DNA of 64,000 nucleotides from an uncultured candidate division Zixibacteria bacterium. Its GTDB lineage: Bacteria; Zixibacteria; MSB-5A5; UBA10806; 4484-95. The notes below the pieces were generated by a model, which did no database searches, had not been told where the DNA came from, and worked only from the letters and a program-made list of their open reading frames with translations. The position numbers and the translations under genes were made by a program. The stretch covers positions 233,676 to 297,675 of the forward strand of contig CAXXKA010000004.1 of assembly GCA_963668625.2 (NCBI GenBank), read 5' to 3'. Below are positions 1 to 9,681 of the stretch, in pieces. Each line of letters begins with the position of its first letter. Position 1 is the stretch's first letter.

Positions 1-3000
1 TGAAATAAATCTCGCCGAAATAATTTCCATCGGGAAGATCGGTGGCATCGAAAGTGATACCAAGGTTTTGCGAGCCATCCGGGGGGATAGTTCCTGACTG
101 GGGATCTACACTCAGCCAGAATAACGGGTATATGAACTCGATTGCGAAATCATCCGGCAGGCCACCAAATAAATCCCTGGGATACCCGAGCCCGACAAAT
201 CCATCGGATGATTGAATTCCTATGACAGAAATTAATTCACCGAGCGTTACATTGTCGTACTGCATCACTATTGAATTATCATCACCATCGAGAATTACCT
301 GGAAATTGTAATGACCTTGAGGTTCCATCTCCTCCTTCCAGTTTACCCACGATATGATAAATCGGTTTTCATCAGAATCATGAAAATAAAAGCAGGTTCC
401 ATCCGCATTACTCTGCCTCCCCCACATAGCGGCGATAAAATCAGTATTCTCATCTCCATAGACTGGAATACTCAAGGGGTCTGGCATGAACATCGTGCAG
501 GTATCGAAAACCACGCAGCCGCTGATAGTGATTGTAACGGCGGTTTTCTCCTCACCGTAATACATGAAAGGCATACCCATCGAAATCGTATCGGAACAGC
601 CCTCCATATCGATGCCGTTAAATGATACGGCGGTACCGACATCCGTGATATCGATCCAGTCGTAATCCGGTCCGCCGGGTTCATCCGAATCGTACAGGAA
701 ATATCCAAAGCTATCCGGGCCGCTAGTGGAGGAGATTACATCAAGATCAGTATCCCCCTCTTCCTGAGGTTCATTTGCCGCCAAGATATTTTGCCTTGCG
801 GGATACGTTATGACTCTGGTATCGTATTCGAGATCTCCAAGCCCCTCGTTTAAAAGTGGTATAGATTCCATCCGACTATCACCACTTTGTACATCCACAT
901 CAACGAAGGTTTGAGAAAACTCCGCGTCGGGGGCAACAATAGAGGCGCCATCGAACACGAAACCATCGATATACCAGCCATACCAATTTTCCAACTCGCC
1001 GCCCGCGCTTCCGAAATGGAATCTGAGTTGTACGTCTTCATTCACATAGCCATCCAACTCGAACTCTACGAATTGCCAGACAAAAGATTCGCCGCTGAAT
1101 CCGGGCTCGCCATCAAGAGCCTCAAGGCTTGAATAGGGATAGCCTCCCACCGGAGTTAATAAATCCCAGGAATCGCCTTCATCGGTTGAAATCTGGAGAT
1201 TACCGCCATCCCTGCCGGTATAAATATCGAGCCAGTGGTAGAATGATATTGTGGCATTGTTATCGGTAACATGATAAAAAGCGGTGTACAGGGACTGCTC
1301 ACAACCGTTATCACCACACCAGGGATCATAACCGGCAGTTCCGGTACACCAAACTTTCAAGCCATGATAGGGAAGTTGTCGATGGGAAGTTGCCAGTTTC
1401 CACAGAGATCCCTCAGGGGCGGTGAAACCACCATCGGCACGCTCGAACGAATCAAACCACCTTAGCGTTATATCTAACCTGGCGGTATCGGCGGCTGTTA
1501 CGGCAACAGTATCAAGGAAATAATCGTGATTGGGACTGAAAGTGTTAATCGTGTACGTTGCGCCGGCAGCGATATTTTCGAATATGTAGTAGCCGTCGCT
1601 ATCGGTAGAAACGATATCAAGCGGAGTATCTTCAGCGATAACAGAAATACCCTCAACCGGATTACCGTCCTGATCGGTAGCATAACCGTGCAGAACACCG
1701 CTCGCCGCGATCTCGAGTTCGAAATTCGCGGTGGTTGTATCCCACGCACTCGTCTCTATGCCTGTTCGAGTAGAGACATAATAACCATAATAACTGGCTG
1801 TCAGGGTAAATGAGGAATCGGCTATCAGTCGTAATCTGTAATAACCGTTAGCATCGGTAAAAACCTGTTTAGTCGTGCCATCAGCCACTACTAAAGCGCC
1901 GGCAACCGGATTATCCGTGGCATCGTCATAAACGTAGCCATCGATATAACCTATACCCGATGAGGCTAATAAACACGCCTGATAAACATCCAGACAACCC
2001 TGGCCATAGCTGTTATCGGGTCCGATATCGCCCAGATCAATCGCGCATGCCAGCAGGACTTCTTTAACCTGATCGACATCCAGGTTGGGGCTTGCCTGAC
2101 GGATTAACGCGACTGCTCCGGCCACATGCGGCGTCGCCATTGAGGTTCCGGACATATAGCCATAACTGTTATTTGGCATAGAGCTTCTAACAATCAACCC
2201 CGGGGCTGATATTTCAGGTTTAATAGCCAGCGCGCTGTCACCAGTACAAAGGCTTGGTCCTCTCGAGCTAAACTCGGCTATCTCCAAATACTCGTTATTG
2301 CCGTTAACCGCTCCCACGGAAAAACAGTTAAGCGCTGTCGTGGTCCTATCCGCCGGCGATCTCATACTGCTGGGATTCCCCTCGTTTCCAGCGGCAAAAA
2401 GTGCTACAGTACCGGCTGCCTCCAGATTATCTATATATGTCCAGAACGACTCATCACACGGATAGATCCCCATGAAGTATGGGATCAATCCCCAAGAATT
2501 ATTCACGACATCGGGATTATCCTGTGTCTCGGAGTTATTATCGGGATCGACCAACCACTGGAAAGACTCGATGATATCCGATATTGTCGCGTTAGTATTA
2601 TAAGGATCACGATCAACAGCAGTCGAGGCTATCCATTTGGCATCGATAGCAACACCGATAGTATCGCCGGCTTCCGTACGCCCGCAAATCGTTCCCATCG
2701 TATGAGTGCCGTGAGAATACGCATCCCGAGGGAACTCCCAGTTGGTTTCATCGAAAGGATCGAGCCAGCTCTCATCGTAGTCGCCGTCCTCATCGGTATC
2801 CCCCAGAAAACGGTCTGCCAGCGCCGGATGATTGCCATCAACGCCGGTATCGACATTGGACACGACCCTGCCCGCTCCGGTAAACCCGGCAGCCCAGGCT
2901 GCGGGAGCGTTAATAGCTTCGAGCCCGGGTTCTATCGAGGCTGTCAGTGGAATATCCTCCGATGGTACATCCACCGGTTGTATATTCTCTATCTCATACG

Positions 3001-3412
3001 ATAAAGTGATTTCACCGATATCATTATTCTCGGTCATTGCGTATACACCATTCGGCGTCGCCGTCACGATTGCCATATTGGCCAGCCACATAAGTTTATA
3101 ATCCGTAATATACCCCTGAGATTTCAGTTGCTCGAAATAAACCGAGGCTTCATCTTTTGTTTTGGATGCCGTCTCTTTCAGAGCTGTCACAACCCGCTTG
3201 TTACGTTCTGCTAAAGTCGCTCTCTCAGTTTTTAACTGCTCATCCAGACTACGGATATCGGCTTGTTCGGAAAACATCACAAGCACCTCGACATCCGAAT
3301 CACTCGCTGAAGTTTGAAGTTGTTTCTCAAGTGATAGACTGATCTCGCCTGCCAGGCAGGGACAGGTCATCAGGATGGCTAATAATAAGCCCGAGCACAT
3401 AATTTTAAGCAT
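1..3412 (-). CDS. Secreted S8 (subtilisin/bacillopeptidase F-like) serine peptidase, multidomain; 3' end runs off the window
   Basis: Not in the ORF track; translated by hand from ATG at 3412 (RBS AGGAG). Signal peptide MLKIMCSGLLLAILMTCPCLA, a prodomain, and catalytic-triad motifs VSNVDTG, SHGTHTMGTICG, FAAGNEG and SGTSMATPHVAGAVAL. Carboxypeptidase-regulatory-like and beta-sandwich domains follow. Confidence 0.92.
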   Translation of the reverse strand, partial: MLKIMCSGLLLAILMTCPCLAGEISLSLEKQLQTSASDSDVEVLVMFSEQADIRSLDEQLKTERATLAERNKRVVTALKETASKTKDEASVYFEQLKSQGYITDYKLMWLANMAIVTATPNGVYAMTENNDIGEITLSYEIENIQPVDVPSEDIPLTASIEPGLEAINAPAAWAAGFTGAGRVVSNVDTGVDGNHPALADRFLGDTDEDGDYDESWLDPFDETNWEFPRDAYSHGTHTMGTICGRTEAGDTIGVAIDAKWIASTAVDRDPYNTNATISDIIESFQWLVDPDNNSETQDNPDVVNNSWGLIPYFMGIYPCDESFWTYIDNLEAAGTVALFAAGNEGNPSSMRSPADRTTTALNCFSVGAVNGNNEYLEIAEFSSRGPSLCTGDSALAIKPEISAPGLIVRSSMPNNSYGYMSGTSMATPHVAGAVALIRQASPNLDVDQVKEVLLACAIDLGDIGPDNSYGQGCLDVYQACLLASSGIGYIDGYVYDDATDNPVAGALVVADGTTKQVFTDANGYYRLRLIADSSFTLTASYYGYYVSTRTGIETSAWDTTTANFELEIAASGVLHGYATDQDGNPVEGISVIAEDTPLDIVSTDSDGYYIFENIAAGATYTINTFSPNHDYFLDTVAVTAADTARLDITLRWFDSFERADGGFTAPEGSLWKLATSHRQLPYHGLKVWCTGTAGYDPWCGDNGCEQSLYTAFYHVTDNNATISFYHWLDIYTGRDGGNLQISTDEGDSWDLLTPVGGYPYSSLEALDGEPGFSGESFVWQFVEFELDGYVNEDVQLRFHFGSAGGELENWYGWYIDGFVFDGASIVAPDAEFSQTFVDVDVQSGDSRMESIPLLNEGLGDLEYDTRVITYPARQNILAANEPQEEGDTDLDVISSTSGPDSFGYFLYDSDEPGGPDYDWIDITDVGTAVSFNGIDMEGCSDTISMGMPFMYYGEEKTAVTITISGCVVFDTCTMFMPDPLSIPVYGDENTDFIAAMWGRQSNADGTCFYFHDSDENRFIISWVNWKEEMEPQGHYNFQVILDGDDNSIVMQYDNVTLGELISVIGIQSSDGFVGLGYPRDLFGGLPDDFAIEFIYPLFWLSVDPQSGTIPPDGSQNLGITFDATDLPDGNYFGEIYF

Positions 3413-3491
3413 AAACTCCTCACTTTAAAATTACGCTTAGGTTAGTATATAAAAACACATTGTTGGTCGGACTGACAGGTAAATAATCCTG

Positions 3492-4403
3492 TCACTTTTT
3501 CTTCCCTTTCCTTTCTTTTATAATTTTATCAAGTTCCTCTTTATCTTTAGCCTTTTGCCATATTGTCTCGTAAAGGATTTTAAAACTTTTTGCCAATCGC
3601 GTATGTCGAATTACCTGGAAAGTTGTAGAGGACTGAAGCGAAACCGGATCCTCGAGTTGGAATAATACCGTCTCCTCATCGACGACCGTCATCTGAACGG
3701 GTATCTCATCGATAACCCGCACATGCTCACCCAATCTCGTTACCGCATCAAGATAGTCTTTCAACCATTCTATATGTTCGATCTTTTTGGGGATTTCATA
3801 TATCGATGACCAGTAAGCGTTCTTATTTTGTGGATGATGTTCGGTTTCCGTTTCCAATTGCTCTTTTATCATATCGGTTGATACTTTATCTGGCGCGGGG
3901 CAAAATGCCAATAATTCGCTTTTCACCGAGGAGCAAAGCTCAATGATTTTCTTCCTGAATTGATCGCGGTCCTTTATTATCTCGATATAATCGATATCCT
4001 GCTCATTGCCCCGGCTGTCCTCATAAATCGGCGAAAGCCTATCGACTATGGTGTTCATATTTTCTATTCTATTATTCAACTGCTGCTTTTCTTTTTCGAT
4101 CTCCAAATCGAATTTGGCTTTCTTGGAATCGATTTTATCCATCCTCAACTTGATAAGCGTTTCTTTAAGACGGGATGGATTTGCGGCCGAATAAAGCTTG
4201 GTCTTGCCGGATACTACCTCGCACAAACCTTTTAACTCGAGCGACCTGAGACAGTCATAGACACGACTTCGTGGTACTCCCGATAAATCCGCGACATCAC
4301 TGGCTTTAAGGCTTCTCTTATTGAGCAGCGACAGATATATCATTGCCTCATACTTGGTTAAGCCAAACCAGTCCAGATGCTTGATTACTGATTCATCCTG
4401 CAT
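3492..4403 (-). CDS. TrmB family transcriptional regulator
   Basis: N-terminal wHTH FGLTKYEAMIYLSLL...SGVPRSRVYDCLRSLELKGL, a coiled coil, and a C-terminal effector domain (MTVVDEETVLF). Confidence 0.9.
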   Translation of the reverse strand: MQDESVIKHLDWFGLTKYEAMIYLSLLNKRSLKASDVADLSGVPRSRVYDCLRSLELKGLCEVVSGKTKLYSAANPSRLKETLIKLRMDKIDSKKAKFDLEIEKEKQQLNNRIENMNTIVDRLSPIYEDSRGNEQDIDYIEIIKDRDQFRKKIIELCSSVKSELLAFCPAPDKVSTDMIKEQLETETEHHPQNKNAYWSSIYEIPKKIEHIEWLKDYLDAVTRLGEHVRVIDEIPVQMTVVDEETVLFQLEDPVSLQSSTTFQVIRHTRLAKSFKILYETIWQKAKDKEELDKIIKERKGKKK

Positions 4404-4449
4404 GATTAATGCCCTTTTATTCTGTTAACAAAAACCTTCCGTGATGTGT

Positions 4450-4508
4450 CACTACTATATTATATAATAGTAGTGCCTTATAATAATACTTTTCGGTATA
4501 TGTGTCAA
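4450..4508 (-). promoter_or_regulatory. Sigma70 promoter of the TrmB gene with overlapping palindromic operator
   Basis: Minus strand TTGACA (4508-4503), 17 nt, TATTAT (4485-4480). Inverted repeat CACTACTAT-N8-ATAGTAGTG at 4450..4475. Confidence 0.6.
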
Positions 4509-4546
4509 GGATATTATTGTATTAATCTGATTTTTGAGATTATATA

Positions 4547-4746
4547 GTAGCTCAGGAGCTGTAGCTCCTGAGGAGCCGAAGGCGATAAGGGTGCCCACAA
4601 ATCTACCGCATTCCCCGCCCCATGTCGGGAGCTGGCGTAGCCATCCCTACGGGACACGGCTCGCTGACCTACGCCACCGCCCTGTGCTCGCCGGGCTGTA
4701 CTACTGCAAAGAGGCCTCAGGATGTCGTTCCTTCCATCCTGAGGCA
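4547..4746 (+). repeat. Full ~200-bp GTAG-REP/REPIN-like composite repeat, copy 1
   Basis: GTAG+CTCAGGAGC-tgta-GCTCCTGAG palindrome, an internal segment ending GACCTAC, and a terminal hairpin GCCTCAGGATG...CATCCTGAGGC. Closely similar copy at 9682..9881. Confidence 0.85.
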
Positions 4747-4835
4747 TGTGATATGTTATGTTTTCTTCTTATATCTATTATCGGTCCGACAATTGTTAAA
4801 GCGGGAAACTCTGCTATTTATTTTTTAATACCTTT

Positions 4836-6101
4836 CACTAGTGTCCGGGCTTTGAGGCTGGCTTGACAGACCTCCTATAATAAGGGTGTAAACGCTAATT
4901 ATAACACCTTTGTTTACAGGAGGTTAAAAATGCAAGGGAAGGTTACAATACTTCGCCAGATAACGCAAATGATTTCTCGATACGATTTCCAAAAAGCAGT
5001 TTCGACTGGCAAAGGGCGGCATTTCACGGTTTCTTTCGGCTACTGGTCGCACCTGGTGGCGATGATATTCGGGCAATTATCGGAGCAGCAATCGCTGCGT
5101 GATCTGGTCTTGAATCTTTCCCGTCAGGCGCATAGGTTTTACCATCTGGGTATGTCAAAGATACGCCGTTCGACTTTTTCGGATGCCAACAATCATCGGC
5201 CCTCGGCAATATACGAGAACTTGTTTTACATATTATTGAATCGTTACGGTTGTCATTTTCAAGGCAAAAACCGGAAGCTGGGGAATAAATTATACTCAGT
5301 TGATTCGACGGTCATAGATTTGTGTCTGGGGTTATTTTATTGGGCTAAATTCAGAACGACCAAGGCCGGTGTCAAGCTTCATGTCAGGTTAAACCATGAT
5401 GGTTACATCCCTGATTTTGCGGTTGTCACCAATGCCAATATTCATGATTCCAGAGTCAGGAAGATGTTCAATTTACCGGCTGGCAGTATCGTGACTTTCG
5501 ACAAAGGCTACAATGACTACAGTCTTTTCAAGTTATTAAATGATAAGGGGATAATCTTTGTCACGCGGCAGAAGAATAACGCTAAATACAAAGTAATCAA
5601 ACGGTGTAGAACTAATCGTAAGCAAGGAGTCACCTCCGATCATTGGATTGAATTTACCGGTTTTTACTCCAAGCAAAAATGTTCGATTAGGCTGAGACGA
5701 ATCCGTTATATCGATAAAGAAACCGGTAAAGTTTATGTATTCCTGACCAATGATTTCAAACATGCCGCCTCGACTATTGCCGACATTTATAAGCAGCGCT
5801 GGCAGATAGAATTGTTTTTTAAAGCGTTAAAACAGAACCTTGTGATCAAGACTTTCTGGGGTACCTCCAAGAACGCAGTATATTCCCAGATCTGGGTGGC
5901 TTTGATAATCTATTTGTTAATGAGCGCGCTGAAATACAAATACAAAATATCGGCCTCAGTTGGAAAGTTAATTCAGAGAATCCGGTCATTCGTGTTTGAA
6001 AAAGATGATGTCCTGAGATTCCTTAAAGACCAAATACCAATCCCAATACAAATCGCTCAAACATCTCAAATTAACCTGTCCCTAAAGGCCGGACACTAGT
6101 G
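4836..6101 (+). mobile_element. IS4-family insertion sequence (1266 bp)
   Basis: Terminal inverted repeats CACTAGTGTCCGG(G/C)CTTT at both ends. Perfect 9-bp target duplication AATACCTTT at 4827..4835 and 6102..6110. Confidence 0.95.
4930..6099 (+). CDS. IS4 family transposase (DUF4372-type N-terminus + DDE domain)
   Basis: Motifs RSTFSDANNHR, SVDSTVIDL, TFDKGYND and IYKQRWQIELFFKALKQNL (YREK signature). Confidence 0.95.
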   Translation: MQGKVTILRQITQMISRYDFQKAVSTGKGRHFTVSFGYWSHLVAMIFGQLSEQQSLRDLVLNLSRQAHRFYHLGMSKIRRSTFSDANNHRPSAIYENLFYILLNRYGCHFQGKNRKLGNKLYSVDSTVIDLCLGLFYWAKFRTTKAGVKLHVRLNHDGYIPDFAVVTNANIHDSRVRKMFNLPAGSIVTFDKGYNDYSLFKLLNDKGIIFVTRQKNNAKYKVIKRCRTNRKQGVTSDHWIEFTGFYSKQKCSIRLRRIRYIDKETGKVYVFLTNDFKHAASTIADIYKQRWQIELFFKALKQNLVIKTFWGTSKNAVYSQIWVALIIYLLMSALKYKYKISASVGKLIQRIRSFVFEKDDVLRFLKDQIPIPIQIAQTSQINLSLKAGH

Positions 6102-7003
6102 AATACCTTTATTAGTTTTCTTATTTCTTCTTTTTGTTCAGTATCATTAGTATCATAATGCTTACTATAATTTCTAAATCCCTTAGACAACTGGAACAAT
6201 TCTTCAACGTCATAGTACTCGGATAAATCAAAAGTAATATTTGCTAAATCGATTGATTTCATTCTAAATGATCGTTCCAGACTTATTATAAGCTTATCTT
6301 TTAACTCCTGCTCATATATTTTGCTAAAATTTAAAGACAGTATTTCTTTTGTAAACCAATCTGTTGAGTCAGTAAAGAGAACATTCATTAATCTATTTTT
6401 TTGATCTGTGTTGAGCAATTCACTAAAATGTGGATCATCATAAGAATCGACTCGGATCATCCCCTCATCGTATTTAAACAAATCATATAGCCCATCCCAT
6501 TGAGTTGCCGAAAATTCCACGCATTGCACCAAACATTCAGTTATATTAGTATCATAATTTGAATCGTTGTTGATGTTAGTCGCAAGAAACATATTTATAA
6601 GTTCATTATATTTTTTATGACTCTGGCCACGGACTACTCTGGTTCCATATCCAAACCCTATTGTATTGTAAGAATTCCCTTTATCGTTTTTATTTAAAAA
6701 TGCAATAACATCAAAGCCCTCCGGATATATTGGCGGTAATGGGAAGTTTCTGCTTTTTCTAAAATGCACTTTAATTATTGAGCTATTCATGTTTCCTTTA
6801 ATTACTTTATTTATTTTAAGAATTGCCTGATATCTATCACTTTTAAATAGCAAATGCCGCTTCGACACTTTTTCAACCTCGGCAATAGCTATATACTCGC
6901 TATCAATACACAATTTCCTCAACGGATAAGGCTTTGACATATAACCGGCCTGCGTAATGGCTGATATACAGCTTATTAATAGAAGTACAGATAATTTTCT
7001 CAT
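6071..7003 (-). CDS. Secreted hypothetical protein; last codons supplied by the IS4 end
   Basis: Likely start MRKLSVLLLISCISAITQA at 7003, since the upstream ORF extension reads through a repeat. AT-rich. The original stop lies at 4814..4816, beyond the IS. Confidence 0.7.
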   Translation of the reverse strand: MRKLSVLLLISCISAITQAGYMSKPYPLRKLCIDSEYIAIAEVEKVSKRHLLFKSDRYQAILKINKVIKGNMNSSIIKVHFRKSRNFPLPPIYPEGFDVIAFLNKNDKGNSYNTIGFGYGTRVVRGQSHKKYNELINMFLATNINNDSNYDTNITECLVQCVEFSATQWDGLYDLFKYDEGMIRVDSYDDPHFSELLNTDQKNRLMNVLFTDSTDWFTKEILSLNFSKIYEQELKDKLIISLERSFRMKSIDLANITFDLSEYYDVEELFQLSKGFRNYSKHYDTNDTEQKEEIRKLIKVFTSVRPLGTG

Positions 7004-7080
7004 AACATGCCTATCCTTATAAATAATACAATGATAAATTATAATTATTCCAATATTCTTTTGTACTATCAGTATAACAA

Positions 7081-7155
7081 GTAGCTCAGGAGCGGTAGCT
7101 CCTGAGGAGCCGAAGGCGATAGGGATGCCGCGAATCAGCCGCATTACCCCCCCGC
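7081..7155 (+). repeat. Partial GTAG-REP-like repeat copy
   Basis: GTAGCTCAGGAGCggtaGCTCCTGAGGAGCCGAAGGCGATAGGGATGCC matches the left part of the 4547 unit. Confidence 0.85.
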
Positions 7156-7201
7156 AACGAGAACCTGATTTTAAGCTGATATACCTTAAGCCCGAGCTTT
7201 A

Positions 7202-7927
7202 CTATTCATCCCCGCCCAACCGCTGCGCTATCTTCAACCACGCCTCAGACTCGAACAGCCCCAGCGGCGCATCCTCCTCCATCTCGAGGAAAGTCTTGAG
7301 TGGTACCGTGAACGTCAAAATATCAGGCGGCAGGATCTTACGCGAGGTCAAATCGAGGTTGCCGATAATCGCGCGCGGGTACTCCTTATTGATCTCGTTA
7401 TACGGCAGCACGCAAACCGATTGACATCCAGAGCCAAACGGCGCGGTCACATGGTCATTGCCTTTGCGACGGTAATTCACCAGCATCGCCAGGGGCGCAA
7501 TCTGGTCGGCGTTAACCGGAAACGAAACCAGCACTGGCTTTTCCTTAGCGGCGTCGATTTGATCGAGCGGCTTGAATATTACGTACTTGTACGGGATATC
7601 GGCATAAGGGAGATTATCCATGAAATCATCAGCCAGTGCATGGCTTTTGAAATATCCCTCACGGTCGGCTAGAAGCTTCCTCATGAAATCCTCACTGCCT
7701 TTGAAGGTATTCCCGAAACACAGCCCGACACCACCTCCGATACAGCCGTAGGTATCGCGATCGAACGCCGAGGTCTTCCCCAGCTTCATCACGACATTGT
7801 AGAGGGCCATGACGCAGCCCCATTTATGCTCGCGAAACTGCATGGCCTCATCGGGTTTATCATCGGTAAAAAGGATTGCTACCGGATTATATTTCATTTT
7901 CAGTTCTTTAGCGATTACGCTTTGCAT
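7202..7927 (-). CDS. DUF169 family protein
   Basis: Likely start MQSVIAKELKMKYNPVAI. Cys motifs WGCVM, YGCIGGGVGLCFG and PFGSGCQS; C-terminal IIGNLDLTSR...LTFTVP. Confidence 0.75.
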   Translation of the reverse strand: MQSVIAKELKMKYNPVAILFTDDKPDEAMQFREHKWGCVMALYNVVMKLGKTSAFDRDTYGCIGGGVGLCFGNTFKGSEDFMRKLLADREGYFKSHALADDFMDNLPYADIPYKYVIFKPLDQIDAAKEKPVLVSFPVNADQIAPLAMLVNYRRKGNDHVTAPFGSGCQSVCVLPYNEINKEYPRAIIGNLDLTSRKILPPDILTFTVPLKTFLEMEEDAPLGLFESEAWLKIAQRLGGDE

Positions 7928-7986
7928 GAGATATAATAACAGCTTTTTAATATTGATGTCAAGCATGGAGTTGCAGACCGAGTCGA

Positions 7987-8069
7987 GTAGCTCAGTACGC
8001 AGGACCAAATGCGGGAGCTGCGGGCACGTAGCTCAGGAACCGTAGCTCCTGCCAATAGGGATGCGCTAC
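7987..8069 (+). repeat. Two degenerate GTAG-CTCAG repeat heads
   Basis: GTAGCTCAG at 7987, and GTAGCTCAGGAACCGTAGCTCCTG...ATAGGGATGC from 8028. Confidence 0.65.
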
Positions 8070-8511
8070 TGCCCGTTTAACGCCTCGATATCAGCCAGAT
8101 CCTTACTTCTACCGAGTTTTTTTTGTTGGCAATGAATTGTACTTTTCCTATAAATGAAACCGGGATGTTATCATAACAATCATCAACCTTATTAGCATAA
8201 CACTCATCCCAGGTAACGTCGGTTAATGATGTAAATATATCGATCCTCACCGGCGGCACGCCCAGTTGTATGACATTATCCGCTTTTTCAAAATCCTCCG
8301 ATGATAAACCTGAGGCTCCAAAACCGAACTTACCGAGAGCTTTGATAACTCTCGCGCTATTTTTACGATCAGAATTAATCAGTATATGAAGATCACCGGT
8401 GAGGCGTGGACAGCCATGATAAGCCAGCGCGTGCACACCAACGATTAGATATTCAACCTCGTGGGCGTTGAAAAACTTTTACAGTCCTTTGTAGTCTTGC
8501 TGAAGTTCCAT
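8066..8511 (-). pseudogene. Degraded nucleotidyltransferase (toxin-antitoxin-associated type)
   Basis: From ATG 8511: MELQQDYKGL*KFFNAHEVEYLIVGVHALAYHGCPRLTGDLHIL, with in-frame TAA at 8481-8479. The expected GG and DxD motifs read GV and DLH. A frameshift in a poly-A run near 8117..8124 hides the family-typical end LGRSKDLADIEAL. Confidence 0.8.
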
Positions 8512-8641
8512 AGTATTGTTCCCTTAAATACTCGACCGCCGCCAACCTCTCCCGAGGCGTCTTACTCATCCAGTATGCCAGATCATCGCTGATAGAATCA
8601 TGATTTTTAAGCGAATACTTATTTACGACTTTTTTTATCAT
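8453..8641 (-). CDS. Small partner protein (putative antitoxin) of the nucleotidyltransferase
   Basis: MIKKVVNKYSL...DDLAYWMSKTPRERLAAVEYLREQ; overlaps the start of the NTase pseudogene. Confidence 0.6.
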   Translation of the reverse strand: MIKKVVNKYSLKNHDSISDDLAYWMSKTPRERLAAVEYLREQYYGTSARLQRTVKVFQRPRG

Positions 8642-8718
8642 ATACCCTCTCGATATCGTATCCCTATTATATAGCAGAAATGTGGTATTTATCAATTCAA
8701 TCATGCGGACAGAGTCAA

Positions 8719-8856
8719 GCAGCTAAAGGCTATAGCTCCTGAGGAACCCTCGGGTGATCAGGATGCATGCAAATCAATCGCATCCACCCGCCCCATGTCG
8801 GAAGCCGGCTTTACCATCCTTTCGGGATCTGGCTCGCCGCCCTACGCCCCTGCCCT
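8719..8856 (+). repeat. Degenerate copy of the composite repeat
   Basis: TAGCTCCTGAGGA...CCCGCCCCATGTCGGAAGC...GGCTCGCCGCCCTACGCCCC aligns with the 4547 unit. The GNAT stop codon lies inside its CTAC. Confidence 0.7.
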
Positions 8857-9369
8857 CAAAACCGAATACAGCATATATGGCTTTCCACCCCTCAGTACCG
8901 TACTCTCAACCCTCATACCTATCTTTTCGGCAACGCGTTTTGAGGGCACATTTTCGGGATTAATCCAGGCCGATAATTTATCGAAATTGAAATGACTGAA
9001 GCCGTAATCACGTATCGCGGCTGCGGCCTCTGTGGCATAGCCTTTATTCCAGTATTCACGACGGAAATCATATCCTATGCCTACAATTTTATTGCCCTCT
9101 ATCTCATCGGTTTCCAGGCCGCAATCACCAATCAGCTCATCATTAGACCTGAGAATTACACTGTACAACGAGTATCCATATCTTTTTTGATGATCGAGGT
9201 TATCATTCACCCAGTTTTCCATACGCTTGCGATCGAATACGACATTGAAATACTTCATAGCCTCGGGATCGGAGAAGATAAGCAGCAATTGATCGACATC
9301 CCGGATATTCATCAGCCGCAAGTATAAGCGTTTGGTTTCAATTATATGTTGCGGATTTGTTTCTATCAT
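8842..9369 (-). CDS. GNAT family N-acetyltransferase (RimJ/RimL type)
   Basis: IETKRLYLR, LIGDCGL, YWNKGYATEAA, PENVPSKRVAEKIGM. Confidence 0.92.
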   Translation of the reverse strand: MIETNPQHIIETKRLYLRLMNIRDVDQLLLIFSDPEAMKYFNVVFDRKRMENWVNDNLDHQKRYGYSLYSVILRSNDELIGDCGLETDEIEGNKIVGIGYDFRREYWNKGYATEAAAAIRDYGFSHFNFDKLSAWINPENVPSKRVAEKIGMRVESTVLRGGKPYMLYSVLRAGA

Positions 9370-9559
9370 TTTTAACCTGTGATTTATTTATGCATAAAAT
9401 TACGGTTTGGGCAAGGGAAAGTTGCAGAGGGTATTAGTTAGGGTGTCGTACATTTTAACAGGGTGGGATGTTGAGACAGTCACACCAGTGCTGTCCGGGG
9501 TGGATGGGGTCGGTTGGCTGCCAGCGCTATACGGGGGTTCGGACAGATCAGTGATCTAT

Positions 9560-9647
9560 CCCTACGAGCTACTCCTCCGCCCTGTGCTTGCGATCGGCGC
9601 TGCAACTAAAAAAGCATCGGGATGTCGTTCCTGTCATGCTGAGGTAG
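9560..9647 (+). repeat. Degenerate right part of the composite repeat
   Basis: CCCTAC...CCGCCCTGTGCT...GGATGTCGTTCCTGTCATGCTGAGG. Confidence 0.65.
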
Positions 9648-9681
9648 GTGAAACTGCCCCAAACTGACTTTTGAAAGCCGA

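Noticed and set aside
311-3342. Many short ORFs in the track
   Set aside because: They are shadow or alternative-frame ORFs over the single long minus-strand S8 peptidase CDS.
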